DNA of 64,000 nucleotides from contig CAWEPY010000011.1 in the NCBI GenBank assembly GCA_963811075.1, positions 15,393-79,392 on the forward strand, in the 5' to 3' direction. The DNA is from an uncultured delta proteobacterium (lineage in GTDB: Bacteria > Desulfobacterota > Desulfomonilia > Desulfomonilales > Desulfomonilaceae). The notes below the pieces were generated by a model. The model was given only the letters and a program-made list of their open reading frames with translations. It ran no database searches and was not told the origin of the DNA. Shown one piece after another: positions 19,584-31,083 of the stretch. The position numbers and the translations under genes were made by a program. The first letter of the stretch is position 1. Each line of letters starts with the position of its first letter.

Positions 19584-20518
19584 TTTTTAAAGGCCGCGAC
19601 ATCATCTCCATGAATGACCTGTCACGTGATGAGATTGACTACATCCTGGCACGAGTTCCGGCGATCCAGAATCATCCAGACAAATCATCCCTTTGCCGGA
19701 ACAAAGTCTCCGCCATGCTGTTCTTTGAACCATCAACCAGGACTCGTACATCTTTCGAAGTAGCCATGAGGAATTTGGGCGGTGAAATCGGGGGGTTTTA
19801 TGACGCCAATATAACTTCAGCCGTCAAGGATGAATCCCTGTGGGATACGGTTAAGATGCACGACGGCTATGGATTTGATGTCATAGTAATTCGACACCAT
19901 CTGAAGGGGGCTGCCCGCGTTGCGGCCGAAGCTGCCGATGCGCCGGTAATAAACGCGGGGGACGGACCGAATCAGCACCCAACCCAGACACTGCTTGACC
20001 TATACTCAATCAAGGAAACACAGGGTCGTCTTGACGGCCTTTGCGTGGCTATGGTCGGTGATCTTGTTAATGGCAGGACCGTGCATTCTCTTACTGAAGC
20101 GCTGTTAAAATATCAGGACTGTCGTCTTATTTTCATCTCCCCCAGAGACCTCGCCATGCCTCGCGCTTTGGTCGACAAATGCGCCAGAGCATCCCAGAAG
20201 AGAGGAGTTTCTTTCATCGAGGCCGGCCGTATAGAGGACCATATTGCGGATGTAGACATTCTCTACATGACGAGAATACAAATGGAACGCCTTCAGGAAA
20301 GGGCTCTGGCTGAAAAATTCAGAAGTATTTACAGACTCGAAGCGGGAATGCTTAACAAGGTGAGGCCAAACATGAAAATAATGCATCCCTTGCCGAGAGT
20401 CACTGAGATTGCCCAGGATGTTGATGAAACACCTTACGCTTATTACTTTCAGCAGGCGAGGAACGGACTTCTGGTAAGGGAAACACTCCTTGCCCTAATA
20501 CTTGGAGCCATAACATGA
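19580..20518 (+). CDS. pyrB: Aspartate carbamoyltransferase catalytic subunit
   Basis: FFEPSTRTRTSFE, HPTQTLLD and HPLPR motifs. Confidence 0.96.
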   Translation: MIFKGRDIISMNDLSRDEIDYILARVPAIQNHPDKSSLCRNKVSAMLFFEPSTRTRTSFEVAMRNLGGEIGGFYDANITSAVKDESLWDTVKMHDGYGFDVIVIRHHLKGAARVAAEAADAPVINAGDGPNQHPTQTLLDLYSIKETQGRLDGLCVAMVGDLVNGRTVHSLTEALLKYQDCRLIFISPRDLAMPRALVDKCARASQKRGVSFIEAGRIEDHIADVDILYMTRIQMERLQERALAEKFRSIYRLEAGMLNKVRPNMKIMHPLPRVTEIAQDVDETPYAYYFQQARNGLLVRETLLALILGAIT

Positions 20519-20991
20519 AATATCGCCCAATAACTATTGCGAAGATTGAATCCGGCATAGTCATTGACCATATACCAGCGGGTAAAGCCCTGTTGATTTC
20601 ACAGGTACTGGGGCTTAACGCTCTTGCCAGGAAAACCGGTAACATAATCGCAATAGGCATACATTTTGATTCCAAATCGCTTGAAAAGAAGGACATCATC
20701 AAGGTGGAGAATCTCAGCTTGACGCGTAACATGCTGAATGTGGTAGCGTTAATAGCTCCAATGGCCACAATCTCCAGGATTGAGGACGGCAGCGTAACAG
20801 AAAAGCACAAGGTTGAAGTTCCAGATAGTGTAGGAGACGTTGTGATTTGCCCGGACCGCTTCTGCATCACGAACCACGAACAGGTTCCATGCAAGTTTTT
20901 CGTAGTGGACAAAAGCCCGCTGACCCTAAAATGCCACTATTGTGAAACTGAATTCTTTGGACCTCTCATAAGGTATAAAGAAAAGAACTGA
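20515..20991 (+). CDS. pyrI: Aspartate carbamoyltransferase regulatory subunit
   Basis: IESGIVIDHIPAGKAL allosteric domain and C-terminal zinc domain CPDRFCITNHE...LKCHYCE. ATGA overlap with pyrB. Confidence 0.93.
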   Translation: MKYRPITIAKIESGIVIDHIPAGKALLISQVLGLNALARKTGNIIAIGIHFDSKSLEKKDIIKVENLSLTRNMLNVVALIAPMATISRIEDGSVTEKHKVEVPDSVGDVVICPDRFCITNHEQVPCKFFVVDKSPLTLKCHYCETEFFGPLIRYKEKN

Positions 20992-21011
20992 TCTCGTCCA
21001 TTCAATGAAAA

Positions 21012-21040
21012 AAGCGGCCGGAATTTCCGACCGCTTTCCC
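21012..21040 (-). terminator. Rho-independent terminator between the convergent pyrI and groEL genes (best on the minus strand)
   Basis: The minus strand reads aagcggtcgg-aaatt-ccggccgctt followed by ttttt. On the plus strand the same stem is followed only by tttccc. Confidence 0.6.
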
Positions 21041-21066
21041 ACGTTTCAATTGAAACGTCAATCTTA

Positions 21067-22731
<1,665 letters not shown>

Positions 22732-22770
22732 TTAGATAACGTGAAAATAGTTGGAATTTTTGTCACGTGA

Positions 22771-23061
22771 TTAGGCTTCTACCAGCCCCAGAATGTCGTC
22801 TTCGCGCATGATGAGGTATTCAACGCCATCAACTTTTATTTCTGATCCGGAATACTTTCCAAATAGGATTGTGTCGCCTTCCTTGAGCTCCAGAGGAATT
22901 ATCTTTCCGTCTTCAGTCTTCTTGCCTTTACCAACTGCAATGATCTTACCCTGCTGGGGTTTTTCCTTAGCCGTGTCAGGTAGTATAATGCCACCTTTTG
23001 TTACTTCCTCTGATTCGACCCTCTCAACGAGGACCCGATCATAAAGAGGACGAAATTTCAT
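22771..23061 (-). CDS. groS: Co-chaperonin GroES
   Basis: [29 protein letters not shown]. The ORF-track N-terminal extension to 23187 would read through the CIRCE operator, so I trimmed it. Confidence 0.96.
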   Translation of the reverse strand: MKFRPLYDRVLVERVESEEVTKGGIILPDTAKEKPQQGKIIAVGKGKKTEDGKIIPLELKEGDTILFGKYSGSEIKVDGVEYLIMREDDILGLVEA

Positions 23062-23110
23062 GATTACCTCCGCAAATTTTTTGAGATATAGTAGGAGCGC
23101 TAGACGCTTG

Positions 23111-23137
23111 TTAGCACTCAATGTATATGAGTGCCAA
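23111..23137. promoter_or_regulatory. CIRCE (HrcA operator) upstream of groES
   Basis: ttagcactc-aatgtatat-gagtgccaa against the consensus TTAGCACTC-N9-GAGTGCTAA (one mismatch). It lies 50 nt upstream of the groES ATG. A TATAAT hexamer (minus strand, 23142..23137) abuts it. Confidence 0.9.
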
Positions 23138-23283
23138 TTATAGTCCGTTTTGTCAACCCCTCTCCAGAATAATAATTCGCTGCGCATTTTTTTGTTGGCT
23201 GTTTACAGATTTATTAATGTCCGAAAGGATATCTTGGGAAAATTATTTCTAAACTTTCCGGACCCTCTCTAAGGATGTGACGT

Positions 23284-23730
23284 ATGAAAAGTCAATTGGT
23301 CTGTCCCAACTGTGGTTCCATTATATCAGTGTACAGGAATCCTCTCCCCACTGTGGACATAATCATCAAGATTCAGGGAGGCATTGTTCTTATCCAAAGG
23401 AAAAATCCTCCCTATGGATGGGCGCTGCCTGGAGGATTCATCGATTACGGTGAATCAGCGGAAAGCGCTGCCATAAGAGAGGCAAAAGAAGAAACATCTC
23501 TCGAAATATCTGATCTCAGGTTGCTATCCGTATATTCAGCGCCAAATCGTGATCCGAGGTATCATACTATTTCAACCGTATTTGTCGCTACCGGCAGGGG
23601 GGCGCCTCGTGCTGGAGACGACGCGGCTCAAATTCAAGTCTTTTCACGAAAGGAGTTTCCGGCTGAGTTGGCTTTCGACCATGGCAAAATTCTCTTTGAC
23701 TTCCTGATGGCGGAAGAACACAGCGCATGA
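23284..23730 (+). CDS. NUDIX hydrolase with an N-terminal zinc-ribbon-like CPNCG motif
   Basis: Nudix box GGFIDYGESAESAAIREAKEETSL; 148 aa. Confidence 0.88.
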   Translation: MKSQLVCPNCGSIISVYRNPLPTVDIIIKIQGGIVLIQRKNPPYGWALPGGFIDYGESAESAAIREAKEETSLEISDLRLLSVYSAPNRDPRYHTISTVFVATGRGAPRAGDDAAQIQVFSRKEFPAELAFDHGKILFDFLMAEEHSA

Positions 23731-23832
23731 AATCCGCTAGAGGTCGTAAATCAGGCCTTGTGACAACTCCCGAGTTGCAACCTTTGCTATTACTGTTTAC
23801 TATCAAGGTAGCTTTTTTTCAGGAGTCATTTA

Positions 23833-25017
23833 ATGATTGGCGTATCTAAACTCTATTGTGGCGCAGTGGAAGCCTCAGATCCTTTGCGTTACGGAAGAAT
23901 GTCCAAGGACCTGCCATCTCATCTTCTTCAATTTTCCAAAGACAAAAAGCCGGTGGTTGTGTGGAACGTAACCCAACGCTGCAATCTCAGGTGCGTGCAT
24001 TGTTACTCACGATCAGAGGACAAATCTTACGAAAATGAATTATCTACTGATGAGGGATTGACACTTATTGATGACCTAGCCTCTTTCGGATCTCCCGTCA
24101 TATTGTTCTCCGGCGGTGAACCCCTCATAAGGCCCGATATTCTTACACTGATCAGGCATGCTACAAAGTCGGGCCTGCGAGCGGTGTTGTCGACAAACGG
24201 CACGTTGATAGACGAGAGGATGTCGTTGGCTCTCAAGGACATCGGGCTGTCATATGTGGGAATCAGTCTGGACGGTCTTGAAAAGGTTCACGATTCATTC
24301 AGGGGCGTCAAAGGGACTTTCGAAAAAGTTCTGAGGGCAATCTACCACTGTAAGTCCGCAGGATTGAAGGTCGGGTTAAGATTCACTATTAATAAAAGGA
24401 ACTTTCAGGAAGTTGATGGGATATTTGACTTGGTGGAAGAACAGAAAATACCGCGCATCTGTTTCTATCATCTGGTTTACGCAGGCAGGGGCGCTGACCT
24501 CATGAATGAAGACCTGGACCACGACCAGACAAGAAAAGTGGTGGATCTCATAATGGACAGGACATTTGACTTGCATAAAAAGGGCCTTGCCGTTGAGACA
24601 TTAACTGTGGACAACCATGCGGATGGCCCTTACATCTATTTGAGACTCCTTCAGGAAAACCCGGAAAGGGCGCAACAGGTTATCGAGCTTCTCAAAATGA
24701 ATGAAGGAAATAATTCAGGTAGAGGCATAGGTTGCGTGTCTTGGGATGGGGCGGTTCATGCGGACCAGTTCTGGAGACATCTTAGTTTTGGAAATGTCAG
24801 GAATAGGTCGTTCAGTGAGACCTGGACAGATCCCAATGATGAATTTCTTCAAAAACTCAAGAATAAGAAAAATTTCGTTACTGGGCGTTGCGCGTCTTGC
24901 CAATGGCTGGACGTCTGCGGAGGAAATTTTAGAGTTAGGGCCGAAGCGGCTTACGGTGACATTTGGGCTCCTGATCCCGCCTGCTATTTGACTGACAGGG
25001 AAATAGCGGCCGACTGA
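23833..25017 (+). CDS. Radical SAM/SPASM protein of the NirJ / AhbC-AhbD family (alternative heme biosynthesis, probably AhbD-like)
   Basis: CNLRCVHCY radical-SAM cluster motif. The N-terminal LRYGRMSKDLPSHLLQFSKDKKPVVVWN leader is as I recall for NirJ/Ahb enzymes. The Cys-rich C-terminus (GRCASCQWLDVCGG...PDPACYL) is SPASM-like. Confidence 0.75.
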   Translation: MIGVSKLYCGAVEASDPLRYGRMSKDLPSHLLQFSKDKKPVVVWNVTQRCNLRCVHCYSRSEDKSYENELSTDEGLTLIDDLASFGSPVILFSGGEPLIRPDILTLIRHATKSGLRAVLSTNGTLIDERMSLALKDIGLSYVGISLDGLEKVHDSFRGVKGTFEKVLRAIYHCKSAGLKVGLRFTINKRNFQEVDGIFDLVEEQKIPRICFYHLVYAGRGADLMNEDLDHDQTRKVVDLIMDRTFDLHKKGLAVETLTVDNHADGPYIYLRLLQENPERAQQVIELLKMNEGNNSGRGIGCVSWDGAVHADQFWRHLSFGNVRNRSFSETWTDPNDEFLQKLKNKKNFVTGRCASCQWLDVCGGNFRVRAEAAYGDIWAPDPACYLTDREIAAD

Positions 25018-25088
25018 ACGGCGTAGATGGGGTTGACGCTGTTGGCGCAAACAATTAATCGCCTCACGGATCTTACGCGTAGAACAGG

Positions 25089-25859
25089 TTGAAGCTCATG
25101 TTTTTGGGAGGACACGTCCGCGCATCTGACGACTTAGTATTTCTTAGAGAGGCGGGATTCGACTTCGGTGAAGTAGTCCTCAGGGATAAGAAAGCTCGAG
25201 AGTATTGGAGGAATATCGATACAGAGCCTTTTCGAGGATCGAAATTCTGGTTGATAGCTCATGGGCCACAGGAGGGAGATCCGAATAGTCTCGTAAACCT
25301 TCTGAAAAACTACGGTCCCTCGCTGAAGGAGACAATTGATTCAGCGTGTCGACTTGGGACATCCTTTCTGACTGTCCATCTTTGGATGGATTCGCGATTC
25401 GTCACGACATCCCAGATCGTTGAGAAGAAAGCGCTTTTAAAAGAGTTGTTCTACTATGCGGCGGAAAAACAAATTGTAATGAGTCTGGAAAATCTTTCTG
25501 AATCAGCTTCAGACTTGGAATCGGCCCTTGAGGAAATCCCTCAAGCCTCCCTCACTCTGGATATCGGTCATGCTCAGTTGTTAACTGAGACCAACAGGTC
25601 TTTTGAAATTATAACCCGGCTTGGCAATAAAATTCATCACGTTCATGCGCACGACAACTCCGGTGGTTCAGGAATAAAAGATGACCTGCATTTACCGATC
25701 GGAGATGGTATCATAGACTTTAACAGCATAATCGCTGCACTGCTGATGTCTGGGTACAACAACACCATTACACTGGAACTGAAACGACATGAGCTACTAT
25801 TGTCCAGGGACCGACTAGAAAGGCTCTTTCAAAATGTCCGGAATGACTCGGGGTTATAA
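25089..25859 (+). CDS. Sugar phosphate isomerase/epimerase (xylose isomerase-like TIM barrel) family protein
   Basis: SLENL, LTLDIGHAQL, HHVHAHDN and ITLEL metal-ligand-type motifs. The start is uncertain (TTG 25089 or ATG 25098). Confidence 0.7.
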   Translation: MKLMFLGGHVRASDDLVFLREAGFDFGEVVLRDKKAREYWRNIDTEPFRGSKFWLIAHGPQEGDPNSLVNLLKNYGPSLKETIDSACRLGTSFLTVHLWMDSRFVTTSQIVEKKALLKELFYYAAEKQIVMSLENLSESASDLESALEEIPQASLTLDIGHAQLLTETNRSFEIITRLGNKIHHVHAHDNSGGSGIKDDLHLPIGDGIIDFNSIIAALLMSGYNNTITLELKRHELLLSRDRLERLFQNVRNDSGL

Positions 25860-25908
25860 GGCGCCCTAACCGACGCTTTTCAAACAATAGCCCTGAAAGA
25901 GGTATCCA

Positions 25909-26442
25909 ATGAAGCCCGAGAAAAATTTTAAAGAAATGGTAATACAAAGTATCGCCTCGGATTCCAGGAACATGCAGCCAGTTGTCGTTCTTCGTGAAAA
26001 GAGCGGAGACAGGGAACTCTATATCTGGATTGGGCCCGTTGAAGCCATGGCTTTGCAGCGCGCAATTTCCAAGGATATTTTCCAGCGACCGCTTACTCAT
26101 GAGCTACTGCGAAACGTTATCGATAAAACTGGTTCACATATCGAACATATTGAAATAGACGATCTAAAAGAACATACATATTACGCTACCATATACATAA
26201 AGACTGCCGATTCCAAACTGGTGACTGTAGACGCCAGACCATCGGATTCGCTGGTTCTGGCTACCTGGGCAGGAGTTCCGATATTCGTCAACGAAGACGT
26301 CATTCAGGGCATGACCCAAGTTGCGCAGGCGGACGAGCCAAAATCCAAGGTTGTGCTCACACCGGAAGATGTAGAACGGACCGATGAGGAATTGACAAAA
26401 ATACTTGAAAGAATGGACCCGGAAGACCTTGGCAACGCTTGA
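25909..26442 (+). CDS. Bifunctional nuclease family protein (DUF151/BFN)
   Basis: LYIWIGPVEAMALQRAI...RPLTHELL and ARPSDSLVLA motifs, with an acidic UVR-like tail. Confidence 0.8.
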   Translation: MKPEKNFKEMVIQSIASDSRNMQPVVVLREKSGDRELYIWIGPVEAMALQRAISKDIFQRPLTHELLRNVIDKTGSHIEHIEIDDLKEHTYYATIYIKTADSKLVTVDARPSDSLVLATWAGVPIFVNEDVIQGMTQVAQADEPKSKVVLTPEDVERTDEELTKILERMDPEDLGNA

Positions 26443-26588
26443 ACCATTAAAATACACCGTCTTGACCACAGATAATACTAGTTGCGTGGCTTGACTGAAC
26501 CTCGAGAGCTCTTTTTACTTCCGCCCGGACGGATCAAAAGAAATACCGGAACTCGCCCAGCCACATCTCAAGTTCAAAACAAGAAGCC

Positions 26589-28043
26589 ATGGAATCAAAA
26601 AATACCGATAAGATCAAAAAATGGCCTAAGGCTCCAGGCGGAGGGCCTTTCAGGCTTTTAAAATACTTCATTATTTCAGGTTTCGCAGTAATCGCTGTAG
26701 TGACGCTTGCGCTTGGGACCTTCTTGTACACCCGTAGCGTAGAAACTTTGTTAAAGGGCGCTGAGAATTACGCCCGCCTGCTGGCGGAGAACCTTAATTA
26801 CAACATCTTCGTAGGTTTCTATGCTCCTCTGAAGGCTCGTGGGCAAACCATGGATCTCAGAAAATGGGATCAATTCGGAGCTCTCGACTCATTGATAAAA
26901 GATTTCACTTACGGATTACGAATCGATAGAATTAAGATAATAGATAAGGATCGTAAGATAGTGTACAGCACTGATTACGATCTCATAGGAAAATATGAGC
27001 GTGAAAATCCAGCGGTGGACGAAGCCCTTTCCAACGGAAAAGACCAAACCAGGATTAGACGGGGCGACCGATCGGCCGCCAACTGGTATGGCGTATGGCT
27101 TGCCGACACATACTACCCACTTCGTGAAGGAACAGGCAATTACTGGATGTTGGGGGCCATCTACGGGGTCATACAGATAACCCAGGATGTTACTGACCAA
27201 TATGTAAATGTTCAGCGTTATGTAATAATTATTCTTTTAGTCGCAAGCGGCCTCATGGCTTTTCTTTTCGTCATGCTCACGCTCATCGTGCGTCGTGGCG
27301 AAAGGATACTTATGGACAGAGCGGCGGAACAGAAGCAACTTGAAGAAAAACTTCAGCAGTCTGAAAAGCTTGCCTCCATCGGGCAGATGGTGGCAACCAT
27401 AGCTCACGAAATTAGAAATCCACTAGGTATAATAAAGTCTTCCGCCGAGGTTTTGGCCAGTAAATCCAATCCCGATATTTCCAAGATCAAGAGATTTACC
27501 AGCATCATTCTTGAAGAAGCGACGCGCCTCAGTTTTATTCTGACCGATTTTCTTGATTTTGCCAGACCTAGGTCTCCAGCCTCAAATCCTGTTGATTTAA
27601 CTAACGTCTTAACTCGTGTTAAAAACATCCTGGAGCATGAGATTATTTCAAGGAATATTTCCTGGTCTGAGGAAGTGGATGAGTCCAGCAATGAGACCAT
27701 CGTTATTGGCGACTCAGACCTACTGTATCAAGCTTTCCTGAACATTACGATGAATGCTTTTGAATCCATTGAGAATGGAGGATCTTTCAGGGTTGGTATC
27801 AATTCCGACAAGACCACCATTAAGATAGTTTTCTCAGATAATGGTCGTGGAATAAAAGATGAAGATCTCAATAAAATCTTCACGCCGTTCTTCACAACCA
27901 GTCAGATGGGCACCGGTCTAGGACTGGCGGTGGTTCACAACATCGTTTCATCTCACAACGGAGAAATTTTGGTATCGAGCAAAGAAGGCAAAGGAGCGAT
28001 TTTTGAGATTATTCTTCCAAAACATGACTCAGTAATGGAATAG
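26589..28043 (+). CDS. Membrane sensor histidine kinase with an extracytoplasmic sensor domain
   Basis: Two TM segments flank a ~170-aa loop. H-box IAHEIRNPLG, N-box NITMNAFES, G-boxes DNGRGI and GTGLGLAV. Confidence 0.9.
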   Translation: MESKNTDKIKKWPKAPGGGPFRLLKYFIISGFAVIAVVTLALGTFLYTRSVETLLKGAENYARLLAENLNYNIFVGFYAPLKARGQTMDLRKWDQFGALDSLIKDFTYGLRIDRIKIIDKDRKIVYSTDYDLIGKYERENPAVDEALSNGKDQTRIRRGDRSAANWYGVWLADTYYPLREGTGNYWMLGAIYGVIQITQDVTDQYVNVQRYVIIILLVASGLMAFLFVMLTLIVRRGERILMDRAAEQKQLEEKLQQSEKLASIGQMVATIAHEIRNPLGIIKSSAEVLASKSNPDISKIKRFTSIILEEATRLSFILTDFLDFARPRSPASNPVDLTNVLTRVKNILEHEIISRNISWSEEVDESSNETIVIGDSDLLYQAFLNITMNAFESIENGGSFRVGINSDKTTIKIVFSDNGRGIKDEDLNKIFTPFFTTSQMGTGLGLAVVHNIVSSHNGEILVSSKEGKGAIFEIILPKHDSVME

Positions 28044-28066
28044 ACACTCACATGTAAGGTAACAAA

Positions 28067-29428
28067 ATGGCGACTATATTAGTTGTTGACGATGAAAGAA
28101 ACTATCTTTTTGTACTGGAAGACCTGTTGGCAGATGAAGGCTACAATGTAGTAACAGCTTCCTCTGGGAACGAAGCCCTGGAAAAATTGAAGGAGGACCG
28201 GATTGACGCAGTGCTGTCCGATATCAAAATGCCCGGCATGAACGGCATTGAGTTTCTTGAAAGGGTTGTTGCGATCGATCCTGGCTTACCAGTTATTCTG
28301 ATGACAGCATTCGCCGAGGTGGACCAAGCCGTCTTGGCAATGAAGAAAGGGGCCATAGATCATATTCAGAAGCCATTTGACAACGACGATATCAAGCGCG
28401 CAGTGGCAAGGGCCGTCCAGAAAAGAGCAATGGACCGAAACCGGCGGAAAATAGAGTCTAATACTGATGAAGTGTGGGGATCGGTAATTGGGGATTCTGA
28501 GGCCATGGAAAAAGTGTTCCAGATAGTGAAGAGAGTTGCTGACACAAACGCCACTGTTCTGATTTACGGCGAGTCTGGAACCGGCAAGGAAGTTATTGCA
28601 AAATCCCTACATAAGGCGTCTTCCAGATCCCTCCAGCCTTTTATTTCGATTAATTGCGCCGCTATTCCGGAGACCCTCCTTGAGTCTGAGTTGTTCGGTT
28701 ATGAAAAGGGCGCGTTCACTGGCGCAACATCCAACAAACAAGGGAAATTTGAAGTTGCAAATGGTGGTGTTCTGTTTCTCGATGAAATTGGAGAAATGTC
28801 ACTCAATCTTCAGGTCAAACTTCTCAGAGTTCTTCAGGAGCAGGAGTTTCAAAGGGTGGGAGGAAACCGTGACATTCGTGTTGATATAAGACTGATCGCC
28901 GCAACCAACAAAGACCTTCAGCAGCAGGTGGAAGCAGGTCTGTTTCGTTCTGACCTCTATTTCAGACTCAATGTTGTTCAGGTTGTCATGCCTCCTCTCA
29001 GAGTCCGAACCACGGACATTCCACTCTTGACATCATATTTCCTGAACAATTTTTGCAAACGTATGAACAGACCCTTACCGGAAATCGCGCCGGAAACCAT
29101 GAGAATTCTCTGCTCCTATTCCTGGCCGGGAAACGTCAGAGAATTGGAAAACGCTATTGAATACGCTATTCTTATGTCGAAGGGACGTTCTCTAATAGCG
29201 GAAGATCTGCCCAACCAGATAAGATCGTTCGCTGGTTCCAACAAAGGAACTGACGTCGACATTGGAGATAACACCGGACTCATGGACGCACTGGACGCCA
29301 TTGAAGAGAGGATGATCAGAGACGCCCTGAAAAAAGCAGGACAGATCCAGGCTCAGGCGGCGAAGATCCTCGGAATATCTAGGAGCAACCTTCAATACAA
29401 GATGAAGAAATATGGGCTTCTGCAGTGA
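28067..29428 (+). CDS. Sigma54-dependent Fis-family response regulator (NtrC/AtoC type)
   Basis: Receiver domain (DDE...D at [12 protein letters not shown]), AAA+ motifs GESGTGKE and [21 protein letters not shown], and a C-terminal Fis-type [24 protein letters not shown]. Confidence 0.95.
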   Translation: MATILVVDDERNYLFVLEDLLADEGYNVVTASSGNEALEKLKEDRIDAVLSDIKMPGMNGIEFLERVVAIDPGLPVILMTAFAEVDQAVLAMKKGAIDHIQKPFDNDDIKRAVARAVQKRAMDRNRRKIESNTDEVWGSVIGDSEAMEKVFQIVKRVADTNATVLIYGESGTGKEVIAKSLHKASSRSLQPFISINCAAIPETLLESELFGYEKGAFTGATSNKQGKFEVANGGVLFLDEIGEMSLNLQVKLLRVLQEQEFQRVGGNRDIRVDIRLIAATNKDLQQQVEAGLFRSDLYFRLNVVQVVMPPLRVRTTDIPLLTSYFLNNFCKRMNRPLPEIAPETMRILCSYSWPGNVRELENAIEYAILMSKGRSLIAEDLPNQIRSFAGSNKGTDVDIGDNTGLMDALDAIEERMIRDALKKAGQIQAQAAKILGISRSNLQYKMKKYGLLQ

Positions 29429-29456
29429 TTGAGTTTACTCTGTAATCTCTTGTGGG

Positions 29457-29485
29457 TTGACACGATATATGAATTACTTTATAAA
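29457..29485 (+). promoter_or_regulatory. Sigma70-like promoter upstream of the L,D-transpeptidase gene
   Basis: TTGACA (29457-62), 17 nt, TATAAA (29480-85); 62 nt upstream of the ATG at 29548. Confidence 0.45.
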
Positions 29486-29547
29486 AAATGTAATTTCAAT
29501 TTGATGAGGTGTTTTTCTCTGTAGCCATGGAGAAGAGGGTCTTAACC

Positions 29548-30543
29548 ATGCGTAACGTTATAAAATACGGAGTGATATTGTTTCTGTTTTGCGGAACTGT
29601 TTCAACGGCTCTTGCCCAGTATTACGACAACTCGTACTACCCCAACGATTCTTACAATTATAGTGATTCTCAGAGGTATAACCCCAGGTCTGCAAATCAA
29701 GGCGCTTCCAATTACCGGGAATACCCTGCCGGCTATCCTTCTCCCAATCTGCAATACGATTCCAGGGACGCCGAAAGAATCTTACAGGAGCAAATGGCGG
29801 CGCGTACGGCCCAACCTGAAAATACTTCCAACCTGTCGCAGCCCCAAATGTATGACGATTATTACGGGCATCGCATACACGACGAGGGCCAGATACAGAG
29901 GGTTTTGCTTGACGCCAGAGACATTGGTGGACTGATCAGGAACAAAAACGGCAAAGCGTTTATCATTATAGACAAGAGGAACTATCAGTTCTATCTATTC
30001 AATAGAGACGGCGGTTTACTCCGCATCGGACCCGTAGCAATCGGAAAGGGAAAGACTCATGTAGGCGCATTTGAGACTCCTGTTGGTGTATTTCCCATAA
30101 AGAGTAAGACTGCGGTGGATGATTGGATCAGACCAGATTGGTATTTCATTGAAGAGCGCGAGCCAATACCTTCCAGATGGGAGGATCGGCGCGTACCTGG
30201 GTTTTTCAGGTACAAATTGGTAGTGGAAGGATCACGATACATTCATTACGCCGAGGCTACCGGAGGGCGGTTGACTCACGGTTGTCTTGGACTGGATTGG
30301 CATGACGCTGAAGCCGTCTTTCATACATTGAGTGTTGGTTCTTACTGCATTGTCATCGACAATGGATTTCTAACCAGGTTGGCGAGAGGTGAGTTCCCGG
30401 TGCAAAAACCCGTAGCCAAGCCGGACAAACCTGAATCCGAGACCACAGTAACTGCGCGAGCAGATCCTGTTCAGCCTGTTCCAGTTGGGGTAACACAGAC
30501 GGTTGAGAACCTACAACCCAAGTCTCTTCCCAATCTTTGGTAG
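29548..30543 (+). CDS. L,D-transpeptidase (YkuD-like) domain protein with a Tyr/Asn/Ser-rich low-complexity N-terminal region
   Basis: Signal peptide MRNVIKYGVILFLFCGTVSTALA/Q. Low-complexity stretch YYDNSYYPNDSYNYSDSQRYNPRSANQGASNYREYPAGYP. Catalytic-type motif RLTHGCLGL preceded by IHYAE. Confidence 0.7.
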   Translation: MRNVIKYGVILFLFCGTVSTALAQYYDNSYYPNDSYNYSDSQRYNPRSANQGASNYREYPAGYPSPNLQYDSRDAERILQEQMAARTAQPENTSNLSQPQMYDDYYGHRIHDEGQIQRVLLDARDIGGLIRNKNGKAFIIIDKRNYQFYLFNRDGGLLRIGPVAIGKGKTHVGAFETPVGVFPIKSKTAVDDWIRPDWYFIEEREPIPSRWEDRRVPGFFRYKLVVEGSRYIHYAEATGGRLTHGCLGLDWHDAEAVFHTLSVGSYCIVIDNGFLTRLARGEFPVQKPVAKPDKPESETTVTARADPVQPVPVGVTQTVENLQPKSLPNLW

Positions 30544-30615
30544 TTGAAAGAAGCTCGGTCAACCACCGCTTGTTGGAACGCGACATCTTATCCAGTGGGA
30601 ACTGGTAACTAATGT

Positions 30616-31083
30616 ATGACTAGTCTTGTAAAAATAATTAGACTTTGCATTTTTATTTTTGTCGCGTCTATTTGTGTTTCGTGTCTTACCGCGTCACTCC
30701 CCAAGAGCGCTCGCCTTGAAGGAAATGTCCCGACAGATTCCGAGGTCGCAGGTGGTATACGATCGTCAGATCGCGCCATATTGGGCAAATGGGAATTGCT
30801 CTACCAGATTAACGACAAGGGAGATCGCCAAAATCCCAAAGATCTTACCAAAACACAGATTGAATTTACTGATGACGGCAAGATCAATTTTATTCGTCTA
30901 GACAATGAGCATTCCGATAGTGTGAAAAGCCGGCAGGGAAAATACTCAGTTGATAAAGACCAGATCAATATAACTGATGACGCTGGAAACACTGTGAAAT
31001 GGCCGTTCGAGGTAGCATCTGATTCATTGGTAATATCTATGCCGGATCAAAACAAGAAGTTCCACTGGAGAAGACTCAATTGA
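30616..31083 (+). CDS. Lipoprotein, lipocalin-like
   Basis: Lipobox-like ICVSC after a hydrophobic leader. The GKWELLYQ motif is typical of lipocalin-like domains. 155 aa. Confidence 0.6.
   Translation: MTSLVKIIRLCIFIFVASICVSCLTASLPKSARLEGNVPTDSEVAGGIRSSDRAILGKWELLYQINDKGDRQNPKDLTKTQIEFTDDGKINFIRLDNEHSDSVKSRQGKYSVDKDQINITDDAGNTVKWPFEVASDSLVISMPDQNKKFHWRRLN

Noticed and set aside
20400-20912. 170-aa minus-strand ORF across pyrB/pyrI.
   Set aside because: It is a shadow ORF opposite conserved pyrI, with no motifs.
22771-23187. Long 138-aa form of the groES ORF.
   Set aside because: The extra 42 codons span the CIRCE operator and have no homology. The conserved GroES N-terminus, [10 protein letters not shown], starts at 23061.
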